This document shows, in pieces, positions 14,901-29,000 of a stretch of DNA of 64,000 nt. Every line of letters starts with the position of its first letter. The first letter of the stretch is position 1. The DNA comes from Balanoglossus misakiensis (Eukaryota; Animalia; Hemichordata). The position numbers and the translations under genes were made by a program. The notes beneath the pieces are model-generated. The model was given only the letters and a program-made list of their open reading frames with translations. It was not told the origin of the DNA and made no database searches. Where the stretch lies: NCBI GenBank assembly GCA_040954595.2, contig CM082581.2, positions 10,539,099 to 10,603,098 on the forward strand, written 5' to 3'.

Positions 14901-16509
14901 TAGGGACGGTTGAACGAAGATTTCATTTTCTGCAGGTCCTCGAGTGAATTTGTGTGGTTTTGGAAATTCTCCGCTGAATGGCAAACTGGCAATTGTGTGC
15001 GATAAAGATGAAATGGAATTGCTATAGAATCGGAGAGAACTGCTGGAACCGTCCAGTGGTGAATTCTGTGCGTGTGTCGATGAGGCTTCCCTTTGCCTTT
15101 GCATGGTGGGGGCTCTTTTGAGAAAATTATCTTTTAATAACGAGGAGATCAGATTACGCTGTTTGGAAGCCCGGGAGTTCATCAGGTGATTTCAATCATG
15201 GGGGATTAAGGACGAAAGATGAGGCATTCTGTCGTCGAGGATCACATCGGTCTTTTAAAAAAAAACTCGTGTGTGGAAAGCGCGCGGATCCGAAACGGAG
15301 GAAAGCCAAGTGGGTTTTTCGCAGTGGCTCAGAGACCGTAAGCTCAGGAATGTCTGCATAAATTGGACATGATGTTCTTAAACCAAGTCATTAGTGCAGC
15401 GCTTGTGCCAGGCATTTTCAATTTCGCGGAATCAGACGAACTTTAGAAAATCAACTTGTAGAGAGAAGGAGAGAGAGAGAGAGAAAGAGGGAGTAAAATA
15501 TGCCTGATCTCTGTCAGCTCGGGTTAGAGTGTAAGGCTCTAGTACTTTTTGACTGAGTGTACAAATTTAGGGAGAATTGGCTTGTATGTTGTTGAATGAT
15601 GGGTTGTGTGTGTTACATTATGCATGAGTTGTGTGTGTGTCCTTGTCGCTGGCACACAGGCTTTTAGGGGAGTCGGTGTGCGTAATGTCAATATATTTAT
15701 GTTATTGAAAAGCTCTACTTCACTTCTTGTGACTTCAGTCAAGTGATGTGTCTCGCTTTCCAATCTGATGAAACCTGGGGACAGGTGCAGTAGTTGTCAG
15801 ACTAATTTATTTCGGCAAACACTGTTTTTCCCATCTGAATTCTCGGTAAGTAAGAGAGGTAATTTCCCCCGAACCCACTTGCCAGGTAGAGACACAAGCG
15901 ATGTTGTGCCGGCTCGCTCGCGCTGCTCTGTTGGCTCGCGTTCATTTTTCGTCCTCCTAGGGGGTCTATCAGAATTAAGAGGTGTGGTGCATTGTGGGTA
16001 CAACAGGTGATAGGGTCAGTGAGATTCATTCATTTTCAGTACATCCCCGCAATTCTCTGCAGGCCTCGCACAGTTCTGTGACAGCAAAATTGGTTTTAAA
16101 TTTTCATTTAGCTTTGCTTCTCGGCGGAGAGAAATAGCCTTCACAATTTCTAAAGCGAATCACTTTGGGTGTTGTTTTCGGCTGCTGAAGGATTTTTTCT
16201 CCCCCCTTTTTTAACCGTGGACTGTCTGTCTCCTGTGTTTGGCTCCACCATCCCGTCAGCTGATGCTTTCTGAGGCAGGTAACTATGGTGTCACCGTTTA
16301 GAGAGGGAAAAAAAGTGAACTCACAAAAGATGATATTTAATATCGACGAGATCGTTCTTTGGGGAGATGGTTGTGTCAAGGCAACTGATGTTGAATTGAC
16401 ACAACTGCTCTTCCACTCATCAAACATAAACAGTGCACACGTGTCCATGTGCTGACCTAAACTATGTGTATGTGAAACTAAGTATTTTATCTCTGTGTGT
16501 TTGTTACAG

Positions 16510-16564
16510 GAGGTCAAAGTGAACTGGGCAACAACACCAAGCAGTATGAAGAAAGACACAAGCA
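16510..16564 (+). CDS. TIAL1: TIA-1/TIAR exon, end of RRM1 (EVKVNWATTPSSMKKDTS)
   Basis: ttacag acceptor, A|gtgagt donor, 55 nt; peptide nearly identical to TIA1/TIAL1 EVKVNWATTPSSQKKDTS. Confidence 0.95.
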
Positions 16565-19500
16565 GTGAGTACCTTGGCTTTTTTTTTGAAATTTTCCTTC
16601 GTGATATTCAGATGCGTGCACCATATGTTCCCGGTGATGTATTTCCAGCAGTCATGGCACCGTGAAATGCCCCTGTGTAAAATCCACACACACACACATA
16701 CACACGGATGCTATAATCTCTGGTATTACGCACGCACGTAGCAGATGCTGCTATTTTTAATGAAATTAACAGCCGGGCCATTGTCTTCCCCACTGGCCGG
16801 ACAGACTCGGTAATGTCCATTTCCTATGCCTATTGTTATTTGTTGAATATTCAAAATGTCAGTTAATTATAGAATGTGCAGGTTTTATGATGGCTCAGTG
16901 GTATAGTTTACGCTATGTACGTGTGTACAACATGGATTATTAGTCGGCACGTCTATTCCGGCATGCATATTCCGGTACCAGTCTTTATTCACAGCTATTG
17001 TGCCGTCGGTACTTTGTTAATGTTCCCGCTGTTAATTTATTCTGGTGTGAAATTACCACACAATAAAGTGTGTGTTTAGCTGTGGTGAATTAAATTGCCA
17101 ATACATGTATTAATATTTCAGAAGCTGTAATTACGAGATGTAGGCTCCGTGTTTAATAGTGGTTTAACAATTAAAACATATTGTGCCGTCGTTCTTTATG
17201 GACAAAAGAATGAATGTTTTTACTGTATTGATACAGAGAGTCTATACTACTGGTGATAATATATTACTATTAGATGTGAACTGAAAAAACATTTTCTGAT
17301 GTTGAAATATTAAATTTATTGAATATTATCAGGGGAGGAGAGGTTTTATTGAATGTTTATTCCTTTTGACCTTTGAACCCAGATCTTGCTTTTCTCACTA
17401 AAAAAAAACTAAAAGTTAGTGCCTGTTTATGTTGCTTGATTTTGTTTGTTTGTTGTGAATATTTCATGAATTTTTATTTATTTATGCAATGTTTCATAAT
17501 ATGAAGATCTGCTGAACTGTTATTTGTTGCAATAGTACTGTGCCCCAATATACCTGTAGATGTGATAAAATAGGTTATAAAAAGATTCAACTTCCTTCCA
17601 AAAATAATCATGGAATACGTCATAATTATGTCATCGTCAGTGCAGGTAGGCTCTGAACTTGGATATGATGTGTGTTTGTTACCATCACAGTATTGGTAAA
17701 ATGTGGTGACACGATAATGGCCCAAGGACTTCCACTGACTACAGCTGTACCCAGATAAGGTCACCACTGTGTAGCATTGAACACTATCACATTTATAGGA
17801 TGCACATACTCTGGGGTATTGGAGTATGATTTTATCTAAATTTATTGCGTTTTCCTGCTTTGGATGAAACTCCAAACAATTCTAAACAAAATATTGATTT
17901 TAGAAATGATGCAGGTTTTAGTACTAGTACTAGTATACATGTTTATTTTTATCAATCCTTGTATTTGTTTTGTGTGTTGTCATAGTTCATGGGGGGGGGG
18001 GGGTCGCGTTTCTCCTGAAAAGTGTTCATCTGCCAATCAGAAGCCTTCTTTATGTTTGGATGTGTTCCTGTGTTGGTGTGTATATGATGTGTGTGTTTCA
18101 CTACAAGCAATATACATTAAGGGGGAAATGAAGGTGGAGGCTTGAATCTCTCGCTAATATTGATATAATCCGCACAATAGTGTCGTATTACGGCAATAAA
18201 GAGTGTCTACAGTACACCCTATTGTACACTTTTCGAGATATTGACGAAAATGGTTTGAGTTTGCCCACTTTTTACGTCGTGTTTATTTGATGTCACCTAC
18301 ATGTCTTTTATCGAGGAAATTTCCCTCATGGGTTCGATTTAATTCGTATGGAACGGTTTCCGGTGGTTTTTCATACTCGTGTACTTTTTATTTCGCTTGA
18401 GCTGGTCGTGCCGATTAAGAATCAACAGACTTCATTGTCGTGCGTTTCATTTCGTGACATTGTAGCAGATTCTATCCCAGAGTTTACATCGTGTTCCGAG
18501 CGTTCCCGTTGTTTGTGGGTTTCCTGGAAAACGCTGCGCTGGCTCGATATCGTGGAGCTGCCACTGTGAAAAGTATTGATTGGAGAATAAACCGATGTTG
18601 AAATATGAATTGAGGCGAGTGCAATCCATAGCTCGATGCTGTCATCATCACGACTATTTCTGGAAAGATGTTGCAGGCCAAATATACGGAGCCTCTTTGG
18701 TTTTGTGGAGAAATAAGAAAAAAATCCCTTTTTTGTGAATTTTAGAGTTTCTAGTCTGGTGAATAGAGAGTGAGAGCAGTTGAAGGAAAACTCAAACAGT
18801 GCAGAGCTAATGTTCAGCTGATATCTCTATTTAGGTCGATCGTAGTGAATGAGAGCTCGTTGGAGTTATGATAGATACCTCTGTAATTGGCTGATGCACT
18901 GGGCTTTCTCTGTCGATGCTGTAAGCTATTTCCCACTATGCGTAGTAGTATCCACTCGTGAATTAATCACCAGATTTATTTGGTATTACCAAGTTAATTT
19001 CAAGATAAACAATTTTATTTGCAAGCAAGGGGAGTTTGATGACTTTTTTGTTTCATGAGAAAAGAATCGCATGATAGTAGTTATTCACATTCTAGTTTCA
19101 GTATTAGCGAGGATGATGGCATTATTGTACAAAATCTGTGTTTCTCACATTAATATACAGAGGTTAATACCAGACACTGAAACTGCAAGGGAATAAACTT
19201 GCAACGAGACTGGCAATTTCATGGACAGACGGAGAGAAAAAAAAATTGCTCCAGGAAAATAGTTGTGTGATCAATGCTACTATCTTGTTTCAAGGATTAA
19301 CAGTTCATAAAATACTCCGATAAGTATCGTTACAACTAAAAGGAGAAACGTTCTGTGTGTAATCAGAAAAAAAAATACAGACAGGATTGAAACTAATGAC
19401 CACCTTTTGCTGAGTGATGTGACTGTCGGGTATACCGCCAGCTAAAAAGAGACCGCCAGGGACCAGGTTTCTCGGTGGTAATATCAGCCCTTCCTGAGCC

Positions 19501-19976
19501 TAAGTAAAAAACATATTGCTTCTACAACTTTAATATCCTCCCCATTTTCTTTTGATAATTTTACAATTTTTATGCTTTTATTTATGACCAGGAAATCTCA
19601 TTAAGCTCTGCCTCGTGGCTATCTTTGCAGAAGAATGATCCGCGTTTGTCATCGTTTTTTAAAAGCGCTCGGAACGGATTTCTATTCATTTCTCAACGTC
19701 ATCGCCCAGGGTGTATACGAGGTGCATTTTCCATTTATTTTATGAAACAGAATCAGTGCGTGTGTGGCCATAGCTCTGCACTGTGTCGCCCCCCGGGCTC
19801 GCTGATTTATGAGTTTTAACTCCTGTCTGAACGCGGGGTCACAGGTCTTAAATAGGCCTTGTTACTCTATTATATGATTGCCCTGAGTTTTTTCTCGTGA
19901 TGATATGAGAAATTAGGAGATTTTGAACCTCCGAGGTGGATTTATTTATTTGTCAAGGTGTTGCCTCAGAGCTATG

Positions 19977-20009
<33 letters not shown>

Positions 20010-20012
20010 GGG
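19977..20012. repeat. (GA)n followed by poly-G
   Basis: Seen directly. Confidence 0.9.
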
Positions 20013-23000
20013 TTACTGTTTTCATTGTGGCTTGAGAGTTGAGTGGCGTTTACAGATCCTGACCTCAGTGTACATGTAACCGAAGCCAGCCAGCAAGGTC
20101 CAAAAATTACTATTTTATAAATAAGAAAATGCTTCCTGGTATAGCTTGGATTAACATATTCACAAGTTCTGTCCCTTTTCAAAACATACACCCAAATTAT
20201 TTGTATGGCTGATGCTGTAATTATTTTTTAAAAATGAACAAATTCATTGAGAATATATGAGTCTGTGTCTTTCAGACGCTTAAAGTTCAAACTGGGCTTT
20301 CGATCACACATGTCAGCATGTGTTGGTTGGAAACAGTTACAGTAATACTGGTTTCCATTACAAGTTAATGGAATCTAATTTCTATTTCCATAAGTGCATA
20401 GATCAATAAATCAGACTGCCGAAGTGGTAAGGCTATGGCACAGAAACTCAAACTGTGTGACCGATAAAATTAGGTGTTTTGCAGTTTAGTGCCCCTGCCA
20501 TTATGCAGATAAGAATTTCCGATAAAAGTTTTTTGTTTTGAACCAATCTTTGGTGAATAATTCCAGGCTTGATAAGGAGTTTATTGAATTAGAGAAAAAC
20601 GACTTCAGGGGGGCAATTTGCTGTTTTTATGACAATTTCCCTTTGGTTGCGCATTTTATTAGTTGATATTGTGGAAGAAAATCACAAGTATGAAGGTCTT
20701 AAGTTCCTTTTTACATTTTAACTTAACTCGACTCTATACTTTAATCACAATCACTATGCAATATGTGCCAATTGACTTCACTGTTGCTGGACATTTTAGG
20801 TGAAATCAAATATTTCCCCCAGATTTCAGAGTTTGATTCTTCTTGCCTTCCATGTCTAATTCTGTTTGTTTGCGATTCTGACTGATATCATGTCCTTCGG
20901 AGAGATTCTCGGAAATGCTGGCCCACTAGGCGCCCGTGCGCTGTGACCTTTCTGCTGTGCATGACTTCTCCGCGAACATTGCCGCATCCAGAATTACCCG
21001 TCACCCGTGTGAGTAATGTGCAGAAATACCCGTCGTCAGTGTGTGCTGTAATACTTGACATCCAGCCGAGATGAAACTTTCGCCTCAGCGATCTGCACAG
21101 CTCCTTCAGCAACTAAGACGGTTTCATTGACAGAGAGATAGTCATCTGAGGTCACCAGAAGCCCACACAACTAGCATGTACTTGCCAAGTTAGTTTATTG
21201 AGTGGATTAATCCAATTTTCTGGGAAAGCAAAAAAAAAGTAATCTGATTGGATGAATTCCATGACCCTTGACCCCAACTTCAACATGACTGCTCTACTAC
21301 TTCTACCTCCTAGACATGGTGATGATAAGAAGTTTATGCGATGGCAGTTTCTGTCGTAAATATTGAAAGAAAGAAAGATAGAATAAAACCCAAAAACATC
21401 AGCCATAATATTCAGCCAAGATAACTCTTGGACAAGCATATATACACCATCCATACATGTAAGCCCGTCAAATACCCACAAACCCTCTCAATATGACCCA
21501 GATCACATGGTGACCTGTCACCAAGCCCCCCTTTCACCCATCAGCCCATCATGCTGAACATGTCACCTGCATGCTGTCTGCCTTGTCAAACCCACACCAC
21601 CTGGCGACCCCATCACTCGCCAATATTTGTGTGCACAGGTACAATTTTTTGACTGTTGAAAAATCCCTGGTTTTAATCCAGACAATACAAAAGGGTTAAT
21701 CCTCGTGATTTCGCCCCCAGCGTCCTTGCATCAGTCAGTTGGGACCACGCGGGAGTCGGTTTATCGGCCATTGAAAATTTTATGAATGGTGATAATATGG
21801 AGACATATATACCACGGCAGATCCAGTCTGCACATAAACTACTGAATCATAAAGATTAAATTATTCACCAAAGGTTCAATGACGATACCCAGGGCATTCA
21901 GAAATCTATCATGATATTTTTTATCATGAGATATTTTTTTTGTTCCTTTCATCAGCCAACCGTGGGTAGGTTCTTTTTTTGTGTGTGTGACACTGTGGCT
22001 GAATAGTGAATGATGTGCAAACTTTAATCAGACGCACAGAAAATTGGATTTTGAATAGGCTGTCTATGAAATAGTAATAACGATTCAATTATAGAAGGGC
22101 CGTGCACACTGCGTAGTGCAGGACGGTGGCGCTGGAGATGTCCCGTACTCCCCCCCCCCCTCCTCCCCCCTCTCACCCCCTGAAGGCATGTTTAAATAAG
22201 TGATGTGGACAGGCTCACTGGGTTAGTATTCTGAGAATGTTGTCAGCGAGGTGTCTCTGAATGTTTCATGGTCTTCTGCAGCTTACGGTATAAATAGCAG
22301 CAATAACCCATAATAAAAGCAAATTTGTAAGAAAACACGTTCCGACTTTGAATGCGAGAACGCTGGCTTTTAAGAGGTGACACTGTGACTGGCTGCTCAG
22401 GAAAGAAGTTGATGGAGGCAGCCTCTGTGATGCCAACACACCGCCCGTCCTCGAGTTACGCTCAATAAAGCTTGCTTGAGTTTCCGGGATTGACCTTTGA
22501 CCCCCCAGTCATGAGTTGTACAATCAAATTTTACTCAAATCTCGGGATCAGATTATAGTGCAGTTTACATTCAAAGTGACAGAAGTGCGCTAAATGCAAT
22601 GCTATGGTTAAATAAATGGCTGCGAGTTTTTTTTTTTTTTTGCCTCGAGTTTTATGCGAGGTAGAAATGCGCGATGCTTTCAGAAGAAGAGACTTAAGTG
22701 TGTCGGTTACTAAGCGAAGAGATGGCACTCAGTTTGTCTGTCATGAAATTTTCATAAGCATACCTTGTCTCTGTCTCCAGAGACTCAACTCCTCAGATGT
22801 GTTACGAGACACGGCAGTGTCCCTTAATGAGTTTTTGGCAAAAGCCGAAAATAATTTGCAGCCGTCGACATGTCATTTTTTCGCCGGGATTTCCCACTCA
22901 TTGCTCTCGGTTTGTGCTGCTGACCGAGAGTAGGCTTTAATAGTGCGATGAAACAATTCCCCCCAGTGTCATGATCCATACTCTGGCACTGCCATGAGAT

Positions 23001-26000
23001 TTCCACACATGGCTCTGATACATTCCCCAAGTTTCTGAGTCCGTGTTCTTGATAAATTAGGGAAAAATTGAAGGGAAGCAACTGATTTGATGGCCACATT
23101 CTGACGGGAGTCATTGAAAATTCCGCACATCATCGTAGGATGCAACAGGAGAAGTTGAACCACAGACTGCGAATTGTTCAATAAACCAGAAACGGTTGAA
23201 GTGTCTGCAGAGACGAGTCGTGGAATAGATGCCTGTTAGGTGACATGTGTCTAATACTAGTTTGCTCCGACATGATATTTCGCCCAACATGTCTGTGTGT
23301 CCCTGCACAGGAGATGAATCCAGCGTCATTAATATGCACATTCACATTATTGCCGGCTTCTCATAGTTTTAGCAGGTAGGCCCTCCGTCTACTCTAAATG
23401 AACCAGTCATCAGCCGGTCGTATGTAATGTCTTCAAACACTTTGCTCCCTGAAGAACAATTTACTTTACTACCAGGGAAACAGGATTGTATCATGGATTT
23501 CGTTTTACAGCTTATTTGAAGTAGAGAAGACTGAATGTAAATTTTGTTGAAAAAAAGAATTGTGTAAATATTGACGATCAAACACTGACTTTCGATTATT
23601 CTTGCGTGAAACTATTGAAATTAATCACCCCTTCTTAAGAATTTGCATGCGTTTTCTGCTCAGCTGCTGTGTGTGTGAAGTGCATCTTGGGAAATTTTGG
23701 ACTAAGCAGAGAGCCAGAGTCGTGACTATGGATGGCGTGGATATTTTGGGATTTGGAATTTATGTTGTAGACTTTTTTAATCATTCAGGAGTGATGATTA
23801 ATATATGTTGATTGTTTGCTGCGGGCGGGGAGACATTCTCCCTCCGATGTAATGAAGCTGTCGTTAGTAGTTGGCATTTATGCAGGAAAATAGGTTGGGG
23901 AAAAAATTGCTCTATAAATCACCGGGAAATCGAGTGTGGAAAGGTGAGAATAGGGGCTTAATCAGAGTGATATTCATATCAGATGTGAAATTGGACCGCG
24001 AATGGAGCATGGCTGAGAAACGTTTGAAATGGCCAGAAATTGCTGCCCGGCAGTGTTGTCTGTTCTCTGAGAGTCTCTTCTTGACTTTTAAGGGTCTACT
24101 CGGAATTATGAAAACTTATGAAATGCCAGCGGAAATACACTTTAAGAGCAAATTAGGCTGTAATAAGAGGTTGATTTATTGCCCAATTGAAAGAAGTTGT
24201 AATTATAATTTTGGGGGGACAGGAATCGACCTGGTGCAGTGTTGACTGGGAAATGTTAATGGGATGAATTTTTGCAGATTTCTTTTTATAAACCCTGAGG
24301 CAATTTCACAACCTGTGAAAATTCTGTCCGAGTTTAGTTGGCATTTTTCTCAAATTGATACTGTTTTATTTTTATAGTTGCTTTGCATTTCTGATTGAAA
24401 ATTCAAGTGTACACTGGGATAACTGTCAACATTGATGAATAGCTTCTGGGAGGTGACAGAGCCTATAGTCACTCGTTACTTGCTGCTTCAACTCTGAACT
24501 TGCCTTTCCAACAAAATGGATATGTATTTTGTGTGTTGTTTTCATTTGATCAATCTCAATCAGCAGTTTCTCGCTGTCAGCGACTGTAAATAAAGACTGA
24601 TTTCCTGTATTTCATTCCTGTATAAGAGGACATCGCTGCCAGTGCTAGATTGTTGCAGCTGTGCGGAGTTGACAAAGACCCGTGTTTGAGAGTATACGCC
24701 TAATTTGCTTTCCCATGCCTTTATGTTTTGATTCACGTGTTTCCAAATCGGTGAAAGTTTTCCGACCAGAGAATAGCCGTTGCAATTTTACAGACTCCTG
24801 AATGAGTTCAAATGCATTCTGACGTGTAAAGAAACACGTCGTTTGCTTTTTGTGCGGTTGTTATTGATGCCGGAGTATATGCGTGTTGTACCGGGCTATT
24901 TGATTCGCTTGTGAAAACCCGATGTCGGCCATTTCATAGTTGATGGTTTCATGTACTCCACTGCCAATCACGGAGAGAATTAGCGAAACACAGTCAATCT
25001 CATTGCTCAACCGTGACTCTGTGTCACCGGGGCGAGCTGGAAAGCACATCCTGACAAGACAAATTAGGGTCTCTGTTTCCACGGAGATGCGACAGTGAAA
25101 ATCATTACCAGGCCGCATCTCTCCTGCACAATGAGTTCAGCTCTTCTATCTTCCTCAGAGATTTTTTTTTTACGAGTGCGATAGAAGTGTTGTCGAGTTT
25201 ACGGAGCCGTTCCCCAGATGTGTGCCACCTTGCTTTCAACTCCCTGACACGCGCGTATCAATCTCGCGACCGACACGCCGGTTTTTGACATCGCCCCCCG
25301 TGTTTAGCATTCCCATCAAGCTTCGCCCGGCATCCAGTGTAGGAAGTGGGATTTTACTTAATTTCCTTTCAACCGACTTTCTGCATTCTGAGCCGGCATT
25401 AAAGCTTTTACATTGCATTAAAGTGCAGATCAATCTGCCCAGATAAATTGTTTCCTCTCGAGTATTTCATATTAAAATCGGCAGTGGCACCGGCAACACT
25501 GCACCTGCAAATTCTCGCAACGTGTCACACCTCGATTTACGTGGCAGAGTTGCTGTCTCGCGGTATTACCAGTAGTACTTTGTTAGTTTTGTCATATATG
25601 GGAAGTAATTTCTTGTTCTCCCTTTGAAAACATGCCAAACCAGTGTTTTTTACACCTCTGCTTGTTTACCTGCATATTTTGTGTGGCTTCACATGTAAAT
25701 ATTAAGACATAATTTTTAGGGTGACTATTCCATTGAAGTCTACATGTATTTATATTAGCATACAAGTTATGAGAAGAACCGGTAACAGCCGATAAGTCAA
25801 CATATTTACATAAACGTCATAAAAAATTAACTCCCAACATGGAACAAAACTAAATGAAACGTCAAAAGATAGCCTCGCGTCTCTCTTTGACTTGCGGCCG
25901 CTTCACAAATTTGTAGTCCCTTTCATGTCGTAAGAAATTAGTTTCCGTTGTCAAGTGTTATCGTTATCAGAATCCAGACATTACAACTGGTTCTATCTCA

Positions 26001-29000
26001 AATTCACGCTGGAAACATTTATCTCTGCTCTCTGGTCAGATTAACATGGGGGTCAAAGGTCGTGATGGTGATGGTATCGCACGTAAGAAGTCTGAAAGTT
26101 GTCCGGCGGGCGTCTTTGCTGAGGTGTCATGCTGAGTTCGTTGACACAGACCGTTTATCACATTAACCGTCTCAGAGGTGTCCTCAACTCTATTAAAACT
26201 ACTCTTTTGAAACTAAGAATTAGAACTGGCATGGATATATTGAAACACTTGACAATGTAGAGATGATATGTGGGGATATTAATTAACATATCTGTGGTAA
26301 ATCTTCGTAAGTTGTTTATTAAATTATTATTAACCAAAAAAAGACCGGAAATAAAATGTAAATTTTACAGATCAAGATTGTTCACCTTGTATTAAGTGAT
26401 TTGAATCAGCTGGTTTACAGCATTTAAAGTCTTACATCATGGCAGATCTTTTTGATATTGGAAAGTTACTTTTTAATTTCTCCTTTTGAATTACCAATGA
26501 CTGTATTCCTGGCTCCCGCTGGGCAGTTTGTAGGTATTACGTAAAACCCTGCAATGGATGAAAGAATATTTCCTCAGTGTATGAAATAAGAGGAGAGAAT
26601 GAGAGATTATTTTTCACTTCCTGAATGCACAGAACCCAATCAGTGGAGGGTTGCCTGATGTTTAAAGAATTTATTAGCCGGCGCTGAAGCAAATGACCTG
26701 GAAGCTTTAGCTGCCCATTACTGGAAAATTACCGTAAACAATTACAACTTACAAATGGCCTCCACTGCCTATCTCTAACTTCCCGTTGGATTTTCTTACA
26801 CGCAAACATTGCTGCAAATTACCCAGGACTTGTTCAGTTCTCTTTCCAACTTGCGCTGACGTCAACGGGGCCAGCCCCAGAATGCCAAGACGCGACACAA
26901 ACAGCAGCTGTAGTTGTATCCTGAACCGAGCCCCCTCTCCGCATTCATATGTTGCCATGGCAACTGGAGGAGGGCGAGAAAGGGAACTACGGCGCAAGAA
27001 AGTGGAAAGAAATACAGAGAGAGGATATGAGATGGGAAGCAATTGACAAATGCGTCAATGTGTAAATTGTGCTGGATGACGGCCCGTTTCATATCAATGC
27101 AGCTCCCCACGGAAATGAGCAAGAAAAGATACACAGGGTCGGCTTTGTGCATGGTAAATCAGTTTAAAGTGGTCTGCATCCTACTGAGCAGGTACTTGCT
27201 TGATAGACTCGGAAATCAAACCAAATTGACGAAATCCAGGCCGCTGCTTTTGTCTGCGATTCAGACCCTCACTCCAAATCTCATACAGATTCTCGCAAAT
27301 TAACTTTTCGCCATGCAACAGTGAATGTAATTATCGGCTGCTTTTTGTTTATTTGTAATGTTGTGCTGGGGATAGGTGAAACTTATTACACTTCCCATCC
27401 AAGGATTTTTCCCCGGCCTCTTGTTCTTTCCATTCAACCGGCAATCCTTTCTGTATCGCTTGCGGTTTCCTTCATTCATCATCTCAGTTTTCATCCCTGC
27501 TAACTCTTTTGATTGGTTCAGCCAGATCTGTTGTCTAACTCATTTGCATGCATTCCTTTGGCTACAACCAATCAGATGTGACAGTACCGTAAGAACTTTG
27601 TCAACTCAAAGAACACTTATTGTTCCATCCATGGAGCTGAGTGGTAAATCTGACTACAGTTATTTACATGTACAACTCGTTTTCTCGATTTTTGTAATGA
27701 TCTGTTCTGTCGAGTTCTTGGTTGTCTTTATTATGTTGTTGATATGGCAACTGCAGATTGTTGTCGAATGCTGTATGAATATATAATGCAATCCGTCTTC
27801 ACTATCGTATGAAAAGAAAACTTCACAAATTTTAATTGCATGAGACTTATGGCTTTTAGCCTGTCGTGGAATATTTCTGTATAAAAATAAAAAATAGGCT
27901 TCAGCAACTGCGCATTGATTAAACTCATATCTGATAAACAAGATTCATACTACTGTGTTTCAAGACAATTCTGTGGGGTTTTATGTTACACGCAAGCAGG
28001 GCAGTAAGCAGAAGCCTGTCTGCTTTTCTGTTCGGATTTGGTCCGCGTGCATGCATGGCTTGTCTCGATATCATTCTCAAGAAAACCTTGCAGTGTATTC
28101 ATGAAACTTCAGAGCATTTCGTAATCAGAAATATATACCCACCGAAATCTGTCTGCTGATCCAGTGGTATTAGACATCCGATTTCACGCTCCCCGTACAA
28201 TTTTACAAGTTTTTCTCCTTTTGAAGTAGCCCGGAGAAGAAAAAGCGAAGAGTATTACCATTCCACAAATCCTTCGGCTTCCAATTAAGACCCTTGCGCT
28301 GGAAATGCACAAACCATGTTATGGTTTGTTGGTAATGCGACATTTCCACGATGACAGGCGTGGTTCACTTAGAAGGCACCGATAGACTTCCTCTTTGTCA
28401 GATCTGTCTTCAATATTTAAAAATCCGCAGATCAATTTGCCGAGGATTTCAGATTTATATATATACATGTACATATATTTTGTTGTGGCCAAGGGGAGCT
28501 TCCACCATTTCGCGATAATAAATAACCTCAGGAAGCATTTAGTTTCCCATTTCATTTAATACAACTGCGCTGTATCAGGCCGCTGTCTTTCAATGACCGG
28601 ATTTTATTTAAATTTTTGAGAATATACATAGTGTGTCGACTTGATTCAAATCTGATTGTAATTTGTATTAACGATATTTGGCGATACTATTTATAATCAT
28701 CATGTTTGGCTCGGTTAGATTCTCTTCCCTTTATCGAGCAAACCCCAAACGTGCTTTCAGAATCCATGTAGCACTTTTAAGCGGTGATGAGACGGCAGTT
28801 TCTGTACCATTGTGTTCCCACTTTCCAGCGTGGTTGACTTGTAATTTTAATGCCGTGCCCCAGCGGTGGTGTTCCCCTCGTTGAAATGTCAGAATGCATT
28901 TCGGTTGATTTGACTTTTTCTTTGATCTCTTTTAGCAGAAGTTGTGATGCCACGGGCGAGTTGCCGACGTTTTCTGTGCGTCGCTGTTGTCCGCTCCCGA

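Noticed and set aside
18117-18700. CpG-richer block starting with TTAAGGGGG, possibly a non-autonomous DNA transposon
   Set aside because: No matching right TIR/TSD and no second copy found in the window.
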